A stretch of 63,701 nucleotides of DNA, the filler included. It is 10 parts of 10 records of this genome, joined end to end, with 100 filler letters (N's around TTAATTAATTAA, not from the genome) between each part and the next. Parts side by side here need not be neighbours in the genome. Positions count along the whole stretch, not along the records: positions 12,475 to 18,158 come from SRR31147125_147809; positions 18,259 to 23,935 come from SRR31147125_148656; positions 24,036 to 29,907 come from SRR31147125_149512; 7 more parts are not named here. One strand, written 5' to 3'. The stretch's first letter is position 1. Every line of letters begins with the position of its first letter. A program made the translations under genes and the position numbers. Under the pieces are notes generated by a model, which saw nothing but the letters and a program-made list of their open reading frames with translations, was not told the DNA's origin and made no database searches. Shown piece after piece: positions 13,563 through 24,391 of this stretch.

Positions 13563-14595
13563 ATTCTAACACCTGTTTTTGTACAATCTCTTTTGCATCC
13601 AAACCGTTATAGTATGCTTTGCTAAACTCTACCGTCTTTTGTACGGCATCATTAACATCTAAAAGAGGTTTCCATCCTAATTTTGATTTAATTTTTGAAC
13701 AATCCAGCTTCAAAAAATTTGCCTCGTGCGGACCATTTTCGTTTTGGGTCTTCCATACAACATTATCGCCCCAAGAATCGCAGAAAATATCTGCAAGACA
13801 ACTTGTAGTGACGCAATCCTTTGTTTCAGGACCTATATTATATGTATCTTGTAGGTTATAATCTTCATATTGTTTCTGTGCTACCATAAGGTATGCAAAG
13901 ATAGGTTCAATAACATGTTGATAGGGTCTTATAGAGTTTGGATTGCGAAGCTCTATATCTTTACCTTCTATAGCGGATCTTACGCAATCGGGGATGATTC
14001 TGTCTTTTGCCCAATCTCCACCACCAATAACGTTTCCTGCTCTAAGTGCGGAAACGGGAATATTTTTATTTTCAAAAAAAGAGCGCTTGTAAGAGCTAGT
14101 CACAAGTTCGCTACATGATTTACTGTTGGAATATGGGTCGTATCCATCAAGCTCGTCTTGCTCTCTGTAACCCCAAAACCATTCGTTATTTTTATAGACT
14201 TTATCCGTAGTAACATTTACTACAGATACATTCTTATCTGTGTTTTTTCTCACGCACTCTAGGATATTAACTGTACCCATAACGTTTGTTTCATATGTAT
14301 ATGCTGGGTCATCGTAGCTTTTTCTAACCAAAGGTTGAGCTGCTAGATGAAAAACGATATCTGGGTTGCATTCCTTATAGGTTTTGTTTAAAAAGTCAAA
14401 ATCTCTAATGTCTCCTATAATGCTGTTTATCTCATTTTTTAGTTCTAAAACATCAAAAAGAGCAGGTGTTGTTTCTGGTGCTAAAGCGTATCCCGTTACG
14501 TTTGCACCTTTCATGGATAAAACCTTACAAAGCCAGCTTCCTTTAAACCCAGTAGAACCTGTTACAAATACATTTTTATCTTTAAAAAAATCCAA
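13543..14595 (-). CDS. rfbG: CDP-glucose 4,6-dehydratase
   Basis: VTGSTGFKGSWL, HLAAQPLVRKSY, DPYSNSK, RAGNVIGGGDW, PHEANFLKLD. Confidence 0.95.
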   Translation of the reverse strand: MDFFKDKNVFVTGSTGFKGSWLCKVLSMKGANVTGYALAPETTPALFDVLELKNEINSIIGDIRDFDFLNKTYKECNPDIVFHLAAQPLVRKSYDDPAYTYETNVMGTVNILECVRKNTDKNVSVVNVTTDKVYKNNEWFWGYREQDELDGYDPYSNSKSCSELVTSSYKRSFFENKNIPVSALRAGNVIGGGDWAKDRIIPDCVRSAIEGKDIELRNPNSIRPYQHVIEPIFAYLMVAQKQYEDYNLQDTYNIGPETKDCVTTSCLADIFCDSWGDNVVWKTQNENGPHEANFLKLDCSKIKSKLGWKPLLDVNDAVQKTVEFSKAYYNGLDAKEIVQKQVLEYEKLTR

Positions 14596-14694
14596 TGTTT
14601 GTATTTTTCCTTTACAAAATATTTGATTATTTTTTCGACTTTAAGCATATATCTTAAAGCATAAAATGTCAATTTAACCTATAATAAAAAGTGG

Positions 14695-15702
14695 TTAAAT
14701 TTTATAATAAGCTTTATACCATTCAACGCATTTACCTATGCCATCCTCTATGCTTGTTGATGGCTTAAAGTCCACTTCTTTTTCCAAATCAGAAACATCA
14801 GCATAAGTTGTAGGGACATCACCTGGTTGCATGTCCATAAACACTTTTTTAGCCTCAATTCCAAGCTTATCTTCAATAGCTTTTATAAATCGTAGTAATT
14901 TTACTGGGCTATTATTTCCTATATTATATATTCTATAGGGGGCATAGCTTCTTGCTATACTGTCTTTTCTCTCGTCCCATTCACTGTCACCACAAGGTGG
15001 TCTATCTATTAATTTTTTTATACCCAAAACTATATCGTCGATATACGTAAAATCTCTTTGCATATTTCCGTGGTTAAACACCTTTATTTCTTTTCCCTCT
15101 ACGATATCTTTCATAAAAGAAAAATAAGCCATATCAGGTCTGCCGTATGGTCCGTAAACTGTAAAGAACCTAAGACCAGAGGTTGGTAATCCATATAAAT
15201 GGCTGTATACATGTGCCATAAGCTCGTTTGATTTTTTTGTCGCCGCATATAGACTTACTGGATGATCTACGTTATGGTCTGGGCTGAATGGGGTTTCTTT
15301 GTTTCCGCCATAAACAGAGCTTGAAGAAGCATAAATAAGATGTTTTATAGTATTTGCCTTACATGCTTCTAAGATATTTAAAAATCCCGAAATGTTGGAA
15401 TCTATATATGCATAAGGATTTTCAATAGAATACCTGACACCAGCTTGTGCGGCTAAGTTGATAACATAATCGAATTTTTCTGCTTCAAATAGATTATCTA
15501 AATTTTCTTTCTCGTTCAAGTCCATTTTGATAAACTTAAAATTAGATAGGCCCTTTAATATATCTACTCTGTCTTCTTTTAATTTAGTATCATAATAATC
15601 GTTTAGATTATCTATGCCTACTATAGTATATCCAGCTTTACTCAATTCTTTTGTAAGATGAAACCCAATAAATCCAGCTGCTCCTGTTATTAGTATTTTC
15701 AT
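14695..15702 (-). CDS. NAD-dependent epimerase, UDP-glucuronate 4-epimerase type
   Basis: MKILITGAAGFIGFH, NLAAQAGVRYS, SLYAATKK, GRPDMAYF; start placed at ATG after AAAGGA. Confidence 0.93.
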   Translation of the reverse strand: MKILITGAAGFIGFHLTKELSKAGYTIVGIDNLNDYYDTKLKEDRVDILKGLSNFKFIKMDLNEKENLDNLFEAEKFDYVINLAAQAGVRYSIENPYAYIDSNISGFLNILEACKANTIKHLIYASSSSVYGGNKETPFSPDHNVDHPVSLYAATKKSNELMAHVYSHLYGLPTSGLRFFTVYGPYGRPDMAYFSFMKDIVEGKEIKVFNHGNMQRDFTYIDDIVLGIKKLIDRPPCGDSEWDERKDSIARSYAPYRIYNIGNNSPVKLLRFIKAIEDKLGIEAKKVFMDMQPGDVPTTYADVSDLEKEVDFKPSTSIEDGIGKCVEWYKAYYKI

Positions 15703-15790
15703 AATATCAATTCCTTTGGTATGATTATTTGTAATATTTAACGCTAAAAAGTCATCTAAATAAATTTTTGCAACTATATGAAGAATTTTT

Positions 15791-17083
15791 TTACGAATTA
15801 ATAATTCGTTTAATTCTCTTTTCACAATACAAATATGAAACAATGGCCATAACGATCATTGAAATAGCTGTTGCTATTGCTGGACCAATAACACCAAATA
15901 TTTGTACTAAAACTACACTAAGCCCAATGCTGATGGCGGCTCTAGTTACGTTTATAGCTTGTAGATATCTGTTTCTGTGCGTTGCATTATAAAAAGCATA
16001 GTAGAAGATATTGAAGAATTCAACAAAGCTAGCAATACACATAACTCTTACTATATTTACACTTGCTAAGTACTTGCTACTAAATAATATTATAACGATT
16101 GGTTTTGCAAAAACTATTATAAACAGATGTATCAATACAGCGGCTGCAACCACAAAGAGCCTATCTTTATAATAATAGCCTCTTATTCTTAATGTGTCAT
16201 TTTTTTCGAAGTATCCTGAAACTAAAGCTGCATAATAACTTGAAATTGCAAATGAAAAGCCAATCATAATTGCGTAGATTTTATCTGCAACATTATATAT
16301 ACCAACATCAGTTAGTGTTAGATAATGCTTTATTACAGCGGTGTTACCAAAGTTAGTAAGATAAAGACCTGAAACTCCAAATAATTGCCACAATGAAAAT
16401 GAGAGTATTTGTTTAAAGTATGTTTTATCAAATTCTTCGAGCTTTGCGAAGTATTCTTTCTTTATTCCAAAAGCAAAGAATACAACTACAAGTTGACTTA
16501 AGATATTTATTATAATCAGTTTCTTCACATCGAAATTTATTAGAATAATCATAGCGATGTATACTATTTTGATGATTATAAGAAAAACACCTGTAGTGAT
16601 TTGTCGCTTTACTGCAATATAGTATTGAGTAAAGGCTTCTGCAACCATCTTTGTAAACATCCAAATTAAGATGTATATAGCAAAGGCTTCTCCTATATAA
16701 TTATTAATCCAACCATATAATGTAAATACTGCTAGTGTGATAATAGAAAGACTTGTGGTTACAATAATACCCCAAGACTTCATGGTGTTGGTAAGAACGT
16801 TTTTGGAAGCTATCTCTTTACCTCCAAAGTAGGTTATTACAGAAATGTTCCAAGTGTATCCAAATGCGTTTAGAAAAGCAAGTACCGAAATAGCTACAGA
16901 ATAAAGACCAAATTGGTCTGTGCTTAGTCTTCTTGCGATGATCATATTTGGCACCAAACCTAATGCGGTCAGCATAAATTTTAGCCCCATATATATGATT
17001 AGTTTTTGTTTATCTTTAAACATCCGCTTGATGTAAGATATAGTTAATTTATCTTTCAACAATTTGTCCCATAAAACTCGCAT
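15791..17083 (-). CDS. Wzx-type oligosaccharide flippase
   Basis: Multi-TM protein; IIARRLSTDQFGLYS, DVGIYNVA, FGVIGPAIAT. Confidence 0.85.
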   Translation of the reverse strand: MRVLWDKLLKDKLTISYIKRMFKDKQKLIIYMGLKFMLTALGLVPNMIIARRLSTDQFGLYSVAISVLAFLNAFGYTWNISVITYFGGKEIASKNVLTNTMKSWGIIVTTSLSIITLAVFTLYGWINNYIGEAFAIYILIWMFTKMVAEAFTQYYIAVKRQITTGVFLIIIKIVYIAMIILINFDVKKLIIINILSQLVVVFFAFGIKKEYFAKLEEFDKTYFKQILSFSLWQLFGVSGLYLTNFGNTAVIKHYLTLTDVGIYNVADKIYAIMIGFSFAISSYYAALVSGYFEKNDTLRIRGYYYKDRLFVVAAAVLIHLFIIVFAKPIVIILFSSKYLASVNIVRVMCIASFVEFFNIFYYAFYNATHRNRYLQAINVTRAAISIGLSVVLVQIFGVIGPAIATAISMIVMAIVSYLYCEKRIKRIINS

Positions 17084-17086
17084 GGA

Positions 17087-18158
17087 TCAAAAAAACAGCC
17101 GAGTTTCAATACCTTTATTTTTATATTTTAAATCTTTTTTACTTAAAAGCGCTTTATCATATTTTTCTTGATAGTTTTTAGACATTATTAATGCTGTAAA
17201 CCTTTGCTTAAAAGCTCTATTTGAACTTTGCTTTCTTTTATCAAGATTCTCTTTTTCGTATTTTAAAAATAAGCTTACAAGACTATCTATTTTATCAAGG
17301 CTAAAGCTATCGCCCATATTATGATCAACTTCTAATATCTCTAAATGCTGAGGAATGTCTGAAAGTAACAAACAATTACCGCAGGCCATAGCTTCTAGGA
17401 TCGAGTTTGGTAAGCCTTCTGAATACGAAGAAGAAACTATAACATCGCTTGCGTTTAAATAATCCTCTATATTATTAACGTTGCCCAAAAACAAAACATG
17501 ATCGTTTGCTATGCTTTTACATTTTTGCATCAGCTCACCATCGCCTACAACTAAAAATTGTGAGCCTTTAAGGTTTGCTTTGTTAAAACTTTCTATAGCA
17601 AACGCAGGGTTTTTTCTATGAATAAGTGAGCCGGACATTATAAATAATTTTTTCTGATTATCAAGGCCAAGCTCTTTTTTTAGCTCGATTTTTTGCTGAT
17701 CATCTTTTTTAGCAAATCTATTATCATCAATACCGTTTTGTACAAAAGCTAGATCAATATTGTGCTTTTTATTTAAAATATCAGCTATAGCCTTTGAACA
17801 CGCTATAGGGTTTTGAGTATTTTTAATAGTATTTATATGTTTTGCAGCCAGAATACTTCCTATTATTTTACCGTAAAGACCAATATATTCTTCAAAAGGG
17901 TAACACCTTATGGTAGAAAAATGGATGCTTTTATGATTTGTATTACAAACCAAACTATCAGCACGCAGACCACATGTGTGGATTACGCTGGGCTTATGTT
18001 CATTTACTAGTTTTAAAAGCTTAGATTTTGATAAAAATATACCACTGATCTTCGAAAGCTCAAGTGAGGTTATGCTAATATCTGAATCTAAAAACTTTTG
18101 CTTATCACTATTATTTCCTTCAGGCGAAAGAGTAATAATTAATGGCTTGAATTTTTTT
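17087..18158 (-). CDS. Glycosyltransferase family 4; 5' truncated, frameshift near 17940
   Basis: VQNGID, GSLIHRKN, SEGLPNSILEAMACG; upstream frame has VIHTCG (NPAIIHT-like region). Confidence 0.85.
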
Positions 18159-18258
18159 NNNNNNNNNNNNNNNNNNNNNNNNNNNNNNNNNNNNNNNNNN
18201 NNTTAATTAATTAANNNNNNNNNNNNNNNNNNNNNNNNNNNNNNNNNNNNNNNNNNNN

Positions 18259-20868
18259 CGGACGCCGTCCATCTGCTCGGCAAGGCCGTGTTTTTCTGAT
18301 TCATCCTTGCGCGCGGCGGTTAAACGGACATAGAGCAGTTCTGCGGCCCTGTCCTGGGGGTCGTTTGCCAAATCCGGTGCAACGACGGCCACCAGTTGCC
18401 GCACCCGGTCGGCGAAATCGGCCGCATCCCGCCCTATGCCATCGATCCGTTTTTGCAGGACGTGGGCCTCGTCTAGCTTGTTCTTGGCGTCGCGCATACT
18501 GTCGATCACGGCCAGGGCAGCCGTGGGCCCGATGTCGGCGTGAAGTCCAATACTGTGAATGTTTTTCTCCCAGTCAGACTTCCAACCAGAGAGCGACTGG
18601 TTCAGATCGTCCACCTCGGCGGCAACGTCGGCGGCTTCTTTGGTCAACGCGGTGATTTCCTGGTCCATGGAGGCAATCTGCGCTTCCATTTGCCGCTGGG
18701 TCTTGATCAAGGCCGTTGCCGCATGGATCACCTCGGACAAGCAAGCGTCGCCTGCCGGTTGTCCCCCCGCGCGGATCAATCCCCGACGCAAGCTTGACTG
18801 CAACGCGTTCAGGTCACCGGCAATCGAATCACGCCGAATCCTTGCGGCATGAAGTTCGCCGAGCTTTTCACGGATTACGATCATGTCAAGCAGCCATGAA
18901 CGCATCTCCGATGGCGAAAGCGGATCGATCGCCAAGGGGGTCCATAGCAGCGTCCAGTCGTCCCTGCAGTCACCATGCGTCGCAGCCGCGGAAGCCAATT
19001 CACGGTCCATCTTTTCAAGTGCGTTGGACAGCTGCGCCCTGCGTGCTCTCAGATACCCCTTACGGCTCACTTGGTCCGCCTCAAACCGCATTCGGTCGGC
19101 AATATCGTCGGCCTGTTGCATGCTCGATTCAAAAGCCATCGGCAGGGATGAATCCGCATCAACCCGGCGGCAAAACGCATCGCGCTCGGAGGCCGGTGAA
19201 GGACGCCCTTCCAAGGTCTTGCGGATGATCCCCCACCCCTTGTCACGCAGGGCCCTGATATCCTTCAAATCCGACTCCGCGGGAACGATGTGGGCAAGAT
19301 CGATGGCCTGCAGATCAGCAAGGATAGCACTGATCTCTTCCTGAATCTTCTGCTTTGCCGCCTGACCATTTTCAATCCGTCGCCCGGTCATATCCAGTTG
19401 CCGATCAAATCGATCGATGGTTTCCGTCGAGGGTAAGGGCAGCCGATCCACCTGTTCCAGCGGGCCCGACCATAATTTCTGGCGTGCGATCCGGCGTTTC
19501 AAATCCTCCGCAAGGGTCTGGATCGATCTGTCCAGGTCCTTGCCCTGACCGTCCAGCGTCATGGCTTCCTGGGCCGCGGCGACGGCGTTTTCAAGCGATG
19601 AGACATCGGCCGGCGACGGCATCCGCGACCGCTCCCGGGTGAGCAAATCCAGGCGGGAATTCTGTTTGCGCTGTCTTGCGGCGGCAGACTCCAGCTTGGC
19701 CGTCAGGCGTTCAACGGTTTTGCTCAGGGCCTGAATCTCACCCACAGCCGAGGGCGGCAGGACTGGCAACTGCCCGGATTCGCCTGCTATGGCGGAACGA
19801 ATTTCAATGAGGATATCATCGGCCTGATGCGTCAGGGTACGCAGGCGTCCCTCCAATCCGGGTCGATCTTTGCGGGCCTTGCGAAAACTACCCAACTCAT
19901 GCAACACCGCCTCGATGGCCGATGCATGCTCGATGAGTGTATCGTGAACCGGCAAGACGTCCAGGCGCCGCTGGATCTTCTTCATCCGCGTTTGGGAACG
20001 CTCAAGATCGCGCCTGGCAATAGCGATTTCCTTCGGCGTCGCGACGTTTTTCACCAAAATCGTCCTGCAGGTCCGGGACCCTGTGGAACGAGGCCAGCGC
20101 GGTTTCGATCTCCCGCTTGCGGGCCATTAGCGGCAGGGCCTCATGAATACGCCCCAAGCGGCCGATACGCTGTTTTTTCTGTTCAAGGCTGCGCCCGACA
20201 ACGTCCAATTGCTTTTCCGCCCGGCGCAGGTTGTGATCATGGGTTTGCCAGCTCTTGGCCAGAAGCAGGGCTTGCTTTTGTTCTTTTCGTACCGCTTTTA
20301 TGGCGGCCGTCGTCTGGTTTATGGCAGGGGTCGATCCACTGGGTTTGAAAAGCGCACCACAGTCCTGATCAAGCCCCTGCTGGAGGCTCTGTAGCCGGAT
20401 CAGCCCGGCACCGGCAGAAAACAGGGCCTCGCCGACACGCCCCCTGCCGGAAACAATCTCTTCACCGCCGCGAATCAGATCCTCGTGGCCGATGGCAAAC
20501 ATCTGCTCGAACAAATCTTGATCGACGCCCCCCAAAAATGGCGAAAGGGCAAGATCGTCAAGCACCCTTTCGTCGTCTCCACTCCTCAGGGTTTTGGCCT
20601 GTCCTTTGCGGCGAATGAATTCAATCATCTCACCATCATCGCGAAGCAGACTGGCGCCGATGCGAAGGTCGGGATAGGCATGCAGAAAATTATCCCCGGT
20701 ACGCGTCGGGATGCCAAAAAACAGGTGCCGCAGGGCACGCAGGGTGGAACTCTTGCCCGCCTCGTTGGGGCCGATCACCAGATGGAAGTCCGAGGACGCG
20801 GAAGTAAGATCAATGGTGGCATTGGTAAACGGCCCGTATGCGATCAACCGGATAGTTTCGATTTTCAT
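18259..20868 (-). CDS. YhaN/SbcE-like SMC-type ATPase with long coiled coil; frameshift near 20030, 3' truncated
   Basis: LIAYGPF, GPNEAGKSS Walker A, RRKG, FEQMFAIGHEDL, LFKPSG; continues in ORF 18207..20057. Confidence 0.88.
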
Positions 20869-22118
20869 GGCTGAGCGTTCGCTTTCTTCAAGCGCCGAAC
20901 CAGCAATGCGTGGGCCTGTTCGACCAACGCACGCATCTGTATTGGATCGTCATGGCGTATCCGGAATTCTCCCAATCGGTAATCCGCCGGCAACTTCTGA
21001 ACGATCGTGGTCAGGGCTTGGCCAAGGGCCAGCAGTTCGATGTCGTCTTCCATCAGTTCCCTGACAACCAGCGACAATTCCTTCAAGGGACCCGCATCCA
21101 CTGTTTCCCGGCAAGAAGCGGCGGTGTTGACGACCACCTTTTCAATCCACGCCCGATCGCCGTGGGATGCCAGGGCCGTTGACCGGATGATCTGCTTGGC
21201 GTGCTCGGGATCCGCGACCAGACGGCGGTGAAGGTCGGTCCGGCCGACGAGTTCGATGCGTGCGATCACCGGCAGGGGGTCATGTCGGTGCAGAATCTGT
21301 TGGAATGCATCGGTAGCCCCCTCCAGCATGGCATCCATGGTCCCGGCCCGTTCCACGTCGACGACTACTCGCTCCCAGCGGATTACATCCAGGGGGCGGA
21401 ATTGAATCTCCACCGGCGTACCCAATTCCATCATCACCAGCATGCACCCCTTGCCGCCCGATTCCCGAACGTGACGGCCCTGAATACAACCGGGAAAAAC
21501 CACCGCTGGCTCTCGACTGACGATCTCCGCCTGATGGACATGCCCCAGGGCCCAATAATCGTAGCCGTTGTTGACCAAATCGTCCACGGCGCAGGGCGCG
21601 TAGTTCTCATGACCTTCACGGCCGGTCAAGCTGGTATGCAACAGGCCGATGTTAACATGGTCCGCTATTGGCGCCGGGTAGGTCGACGCCATATTTTCCG
21701 TTACCGCCGCAGTGGCAAAACTCTGGCCGTGGATCGCCACCCGGAGATCGTCCAGGATTCTTGTTTGCGGCCTTGATGATGAGAATACATGCACGCTTTG
21801 CGGGTAAGGCAAACGGCGCGTCATCTGACCGGCGGCGTCATGATTGCCGGCGACGATGAACACCCGGATACCCGCCTCACTCAACCGTCGGACTTGACTG
21901 ATAAAATAGAGTCCGGTGTTGTAGTCCCGCCAGTCACCATCGAACAGGTCGCCGGCAATGAGAACGAAATCAACGGCCTCTCCCAAGGCCAGGTCGATCA
22001 GGTTCCCCAAGGCACGCCGCGAGGCCTGGCGAATCTCTTCAACCGGCGCCCCCTCATAGGTTTCCAGGCGATGCATGGGACTGTCGAGATGAATGTCGGC
22101 GGCGTGGATGAATTTCAT
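20865..22118 (-). CDS. YhaO/SbcD/Mre11-like DNA repair exonuclease
   Basis: HAADIHLDSP, AGDLFD, GNHD, YWALGHVH, PGCIQGRH; overlaps ATPase start. Confidence 0.93.
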   Translation of the reverse strand: MKFIHAADIHLDSPMHRLETYEGAPVEEIRQASRRALGNLIDLALGEAVDFVLIAGDLFDGDWRDYNTGLYFISQVRRLSEAGIRVFIVAGNHDAAGQMTRRLPYPQSVHVFSSSRPQTRILDDLRVAIHGQSFATAAVTENMASTYPAPIADHVNIGLLHTSLTGREGHENYAPCAVDDLVNNGYDYWALGHVHQAEIVSREPAVVFPGCIQGRHVRESGGKGCMLVMMELGTPVEIQFRPLDVIRWERVVVDVERAGTMDAMLEGATDAFQQILHRHDPLPVIARIELVGRTDLHRRLVADPEHAKQIIRSTALASHGDRAWIEKVVVNTAASCRETVDAGPLKELSLVVRELMEDDIELLALGQALTTIVQKLPADYRLGEFRIRHDDPIQMRALVEQAHALLVRRLKKANAQP

Positions 22119-22360
22119 CTTAGTAAGCTCCTGGTACGTTCTTCTGATGTGTTCTTATTGGTTTCGCAATTTTGAGTCAATACTTGGATCTCGATACTTA
22201 TTTTCCCAGTTATTGTGGCCTTCGCTTCACAAGGATCTCCTTCACGGCGGCTGATTTCATCGACCACCTCATTCCACTCCCCACCAATCCATCTATAACA
22301 TATTTATATCATTGTTATTTAGAAAGTTTCAACAAAATTTCAAAACAAAAGGCAAGGACA

Positions 22361-22376
22361 TGGTATGGATTATGCG
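22361..22376 (+). promoter_or_regulatory. Candidate sigma54 -24/-12 promoter
   Basis: TGGTATGGATTATGCG (GG-N10-GC) after an AT-rich tract, upstream of a small ORF. Confidence 0.45.
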
Positions 22377-22450
22377 GTGAGAAAACCGCAACGGCGGATG
22401 AGAACTATAATGGAAAAAATAAAATGCCAGCTGAAGAAGAGGAGAGTGCC

Positions 22451-22666
22451 GTGAAACGAGCCCCGCTATTCCCCAAGCCGACCACGAATGTCAGTCCCAC
22501 GGATTTTCTACGCAATTTCTGGTGCCGTCACTACGACACCTGTCTGGCCGAGGCGGATGCCCGGCACAGCTACTTGAGTTGCAGCCTGTGCGGGCACAAG
22601 TCCAACCATTTTCATGATGGTACATTCGCGCCTCCTTTGCCGTCACACCATATTTCTCGCCCGTGA
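22451..22666 (+). CDS. Small Cys-rich hypothetical protein (71 aa)
   Basis: GAGGAG RBS before GTG; RNFWCRHYDTCL...SCSLC four-Cys pattern. Confidence 0.55.
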   Translation: MKRAPLFPKPTTNVSPTDFLRNFWCRHYDTCLAEADARHSYLSCSLCGHKSNHFHDGTFAPPLPSHHISRP

Positions 22667-22723
22667 TGGCGATGATTCTCCGATGGTATCAGTGTCAATC
22701 AAGGATAGGTGCTGGAGCAGGAC

Positions 22724-22753
22724 AAAAAAAGGGCTGATCGCATCAGCCCTTTT
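22724..22753. terminator. Bidirectional intrinsic terminator
   Basis: AAAAAAAGGGCTGAT-CGC-ATCAGCCCTTTT inverted repeat with A/T tails. Confidence 0.85.
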
Positions 22754-22769
22754 CGTGTTTTCGACATAT

Positions 22770-22797
22770 TGGAGGCGGCAACCAGATTCGAACTGGT
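22770..22797 (-). repeat. 3' fragment of a tRNA (Cys-like); putative att core of an integrated element
   Basis: Minus strand ACCAGTTCGAATCTGGTTGCCGCCTCCA = T-arm + acceptor strand + U discriminator + CCA; no 5' half upstream. Confidence 0.8.
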
Positions 22798-23935
22798 CTT
22801 CCTGCTTGATTTTATTGTATAAATACACCCTATGAAGCATAAGTGCAACACATTTTAAAAAATAGAGAGGAAAAATGCCAACCAAAATCGAATGGTGCCA
22901 GGAAACGATCAACCCCCTCCCCGGCTGCACCAAAATTTCGGAAGGCTGTAAAAACTGTTATGCCCTTCGAATGGCCAACCGGTTCAAAGGGACTGACAAA
23001 TACCATGGCCTGGTCAAAAATGAAAATTGGACCGGCCGGTTGAATTATTGGCCGGCCGATCTGGAAAAACCTCGCCACTGGAAAAAGCCGCGGCGGATTT
23101 TCGTTAATAGTATGGGGGACCTGTTCCACCAATCGATCGACATGGACGGACCAGTTTATGACGCCATCATGCGCATGGTCCGGCATTGCCCGCAGCACAC
23201 ATTTTTATTTTTGACCAAACGTCCGGGCAAAATGCGCTGGGTTTGTGAGCGGATCTGGGGCGGCAGGATGCCAAAAAATGCATGGTTCGGGGTCACTGCA
23301 GAAAACCAGCCCCGTATAGAGGAACGGTTTGACGACCTTATTAATATAGATGCCGCTGTCAGATTTATTTCCATAGAGCCAATGCTTGGCCCAATAAAAC
23401 TCCCGCGTGTCAATTTCCATTGTGATTTATGTGGCGGTACTGGAATTCTTGCCCGGTGGCCAAAAGGTACGTGCCACTACTGCAATGGCCGCGGTGAAAT
23501 ACCAGCCATAAGCACCGATCCACAATTTGGGGGACCGAGTACGCCGGCCAGAAAAATTCACTGGATTATTGTTGGTGGGGAATCTGGCCCAGGCGCCCGC
23601 CCGATGAATCCGGATTGGGCACGGCATGTCCGCAACCAGTGCTTGTCTGCCGGGGTACCCTTCCTTTTTAAACAGGCCGGTGAATGGGTGGATGAATTTC
23701 ACCCGGCTGCCGACATGACCAAGACGGTTGATGATTCATTTGTTGAAAATATCGAGACTGAATATGGGCCTGATTACAGGGGCGTCTATATGTGCAAGGT
23801 CGGTAAAAAACTTGCCGGCCGCCAGCTCGACGGTAGGACATGGGATCAGTATCCAGCTTCCTGCTAACCTATTTAGTCATGGGGTGTACCGAACATGCTC
23901 GATATATATCTGCAATCGGGGCTGACCGGTGATTA
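22798..23935. mobile_element. Edge of a prophage or integrative element
   Basis: Begins at the tRNA fragment and carries a phage-associated DUF5131 gene; no integrase visible. Confidence 0.6.
22875..23867 (+). CDS. DUF5131 / phage Gp37-Gp68 family protein with Zn-finger-like insertion
   Basis: TKIEW, GCTKISEGCKNCYA, IFVNSMGDLFH, LTKRP, SIEPMLG, WIIVGGESG, FLFKQ. Confidence 0.92.
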   Translation: MPTKIEWCQETINPLPGCTKISEGCKNCYALRMANRFKGTDKYHGLVKNENWTGRLNYWPADLEKPRHWKKPRRIFVNSMGDLFHQSIDMDGPVYDAIMRMVRHCPQHTFLFLTKRPGKMRWVCERIWGGRMPKNAWFGVTAENQPRIEERFDDLINIDAAVRFISIEPMLGPIKLPRVNFHCDLCGGTGILARWPKGTCHYCNGRGEIPAISTDPQFGGPSTPARKIHWIIVGGESGPGARPMNPDWARHVRNQCLSAGVPFLFKQAGEWVDEFHPAADMTKTVDDSFVENIETEYGPDYRGVYMCKVGKKLAGRQLDGRTWDQYPASC

Positions 23936-24035
23936 NNNNNNNNNNNNNNNNNNNNNNNNNNNNNNNNNNNNNNNNNNNNTTAATTAATTAANNNNNNNNN
24001 NNNNNNNNNNNNNNNNNNNNNNNNNNNNNNNNNNN

Positions 24036-24206
24036 GGGGGCCCGCCGTACAACATCAATTTCTGATTCAGGAACGAACCCAAGATCAAGTAAGCGTTGCC
24101 GTACCGAGCCTCTGGCATGATGACATCGTATCCTGCCTTTTTGGCCGGATTTCAGATCACAGAGCCTGCAGCACTTTTTTCTTTTCATTTTCATCGTATT
24201 CTCCAT
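24036..24206 (-). CDS. feoA: FeoA family protein, 3' truncated
   Basis: LCDLKSGQKGRI...RQRLLDLGFVPESEIDVVRRAP. Confidence 0.9.
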
Positions 24207-24207
24207 G

Positions 24208-24349
24208 TTAGGTGTCTCTAAAAGAAAACTTCTCTTTATGATAAAATTTCACACAGGTCAACATATTTAATCGATCGAGAAAAATTTCGCCATACCTAAA
24301 AAAACATGTTGACCCGAAAGTTCGGAGTTGCTATCTTAGGCAGCGTTAA
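24208..24349. promoter_or_regulatory. Three DtxR/MntR-type operator-like boxes (TTAG-N6-CTAA) in a divergent promoter region
   Basis: TTAGGTGTCTCTAA 24208-24221, TTCGCCATACCTAA 24286-24299, TTAGGCAGCGTTAA 24336-24349. Confidence 0.65.
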
Positions 24350-24391
24350 CATTTTTTGTTACCCAAAACAATTCTAGTAAAGGAAATGATT

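Noticed and set aside
18259-22118. Nuclease plus SMC ATPase as a new anti-phage system on the prophage
   Set aside because: Matches the widespread YhaO/YhaN repair-type pair and lies on the host side of the att site
22770-22797. Complete tRNA gene
   Set aside because: Only the T-arm and acceptor 3' strand are present; no D-arm or anticodon arm
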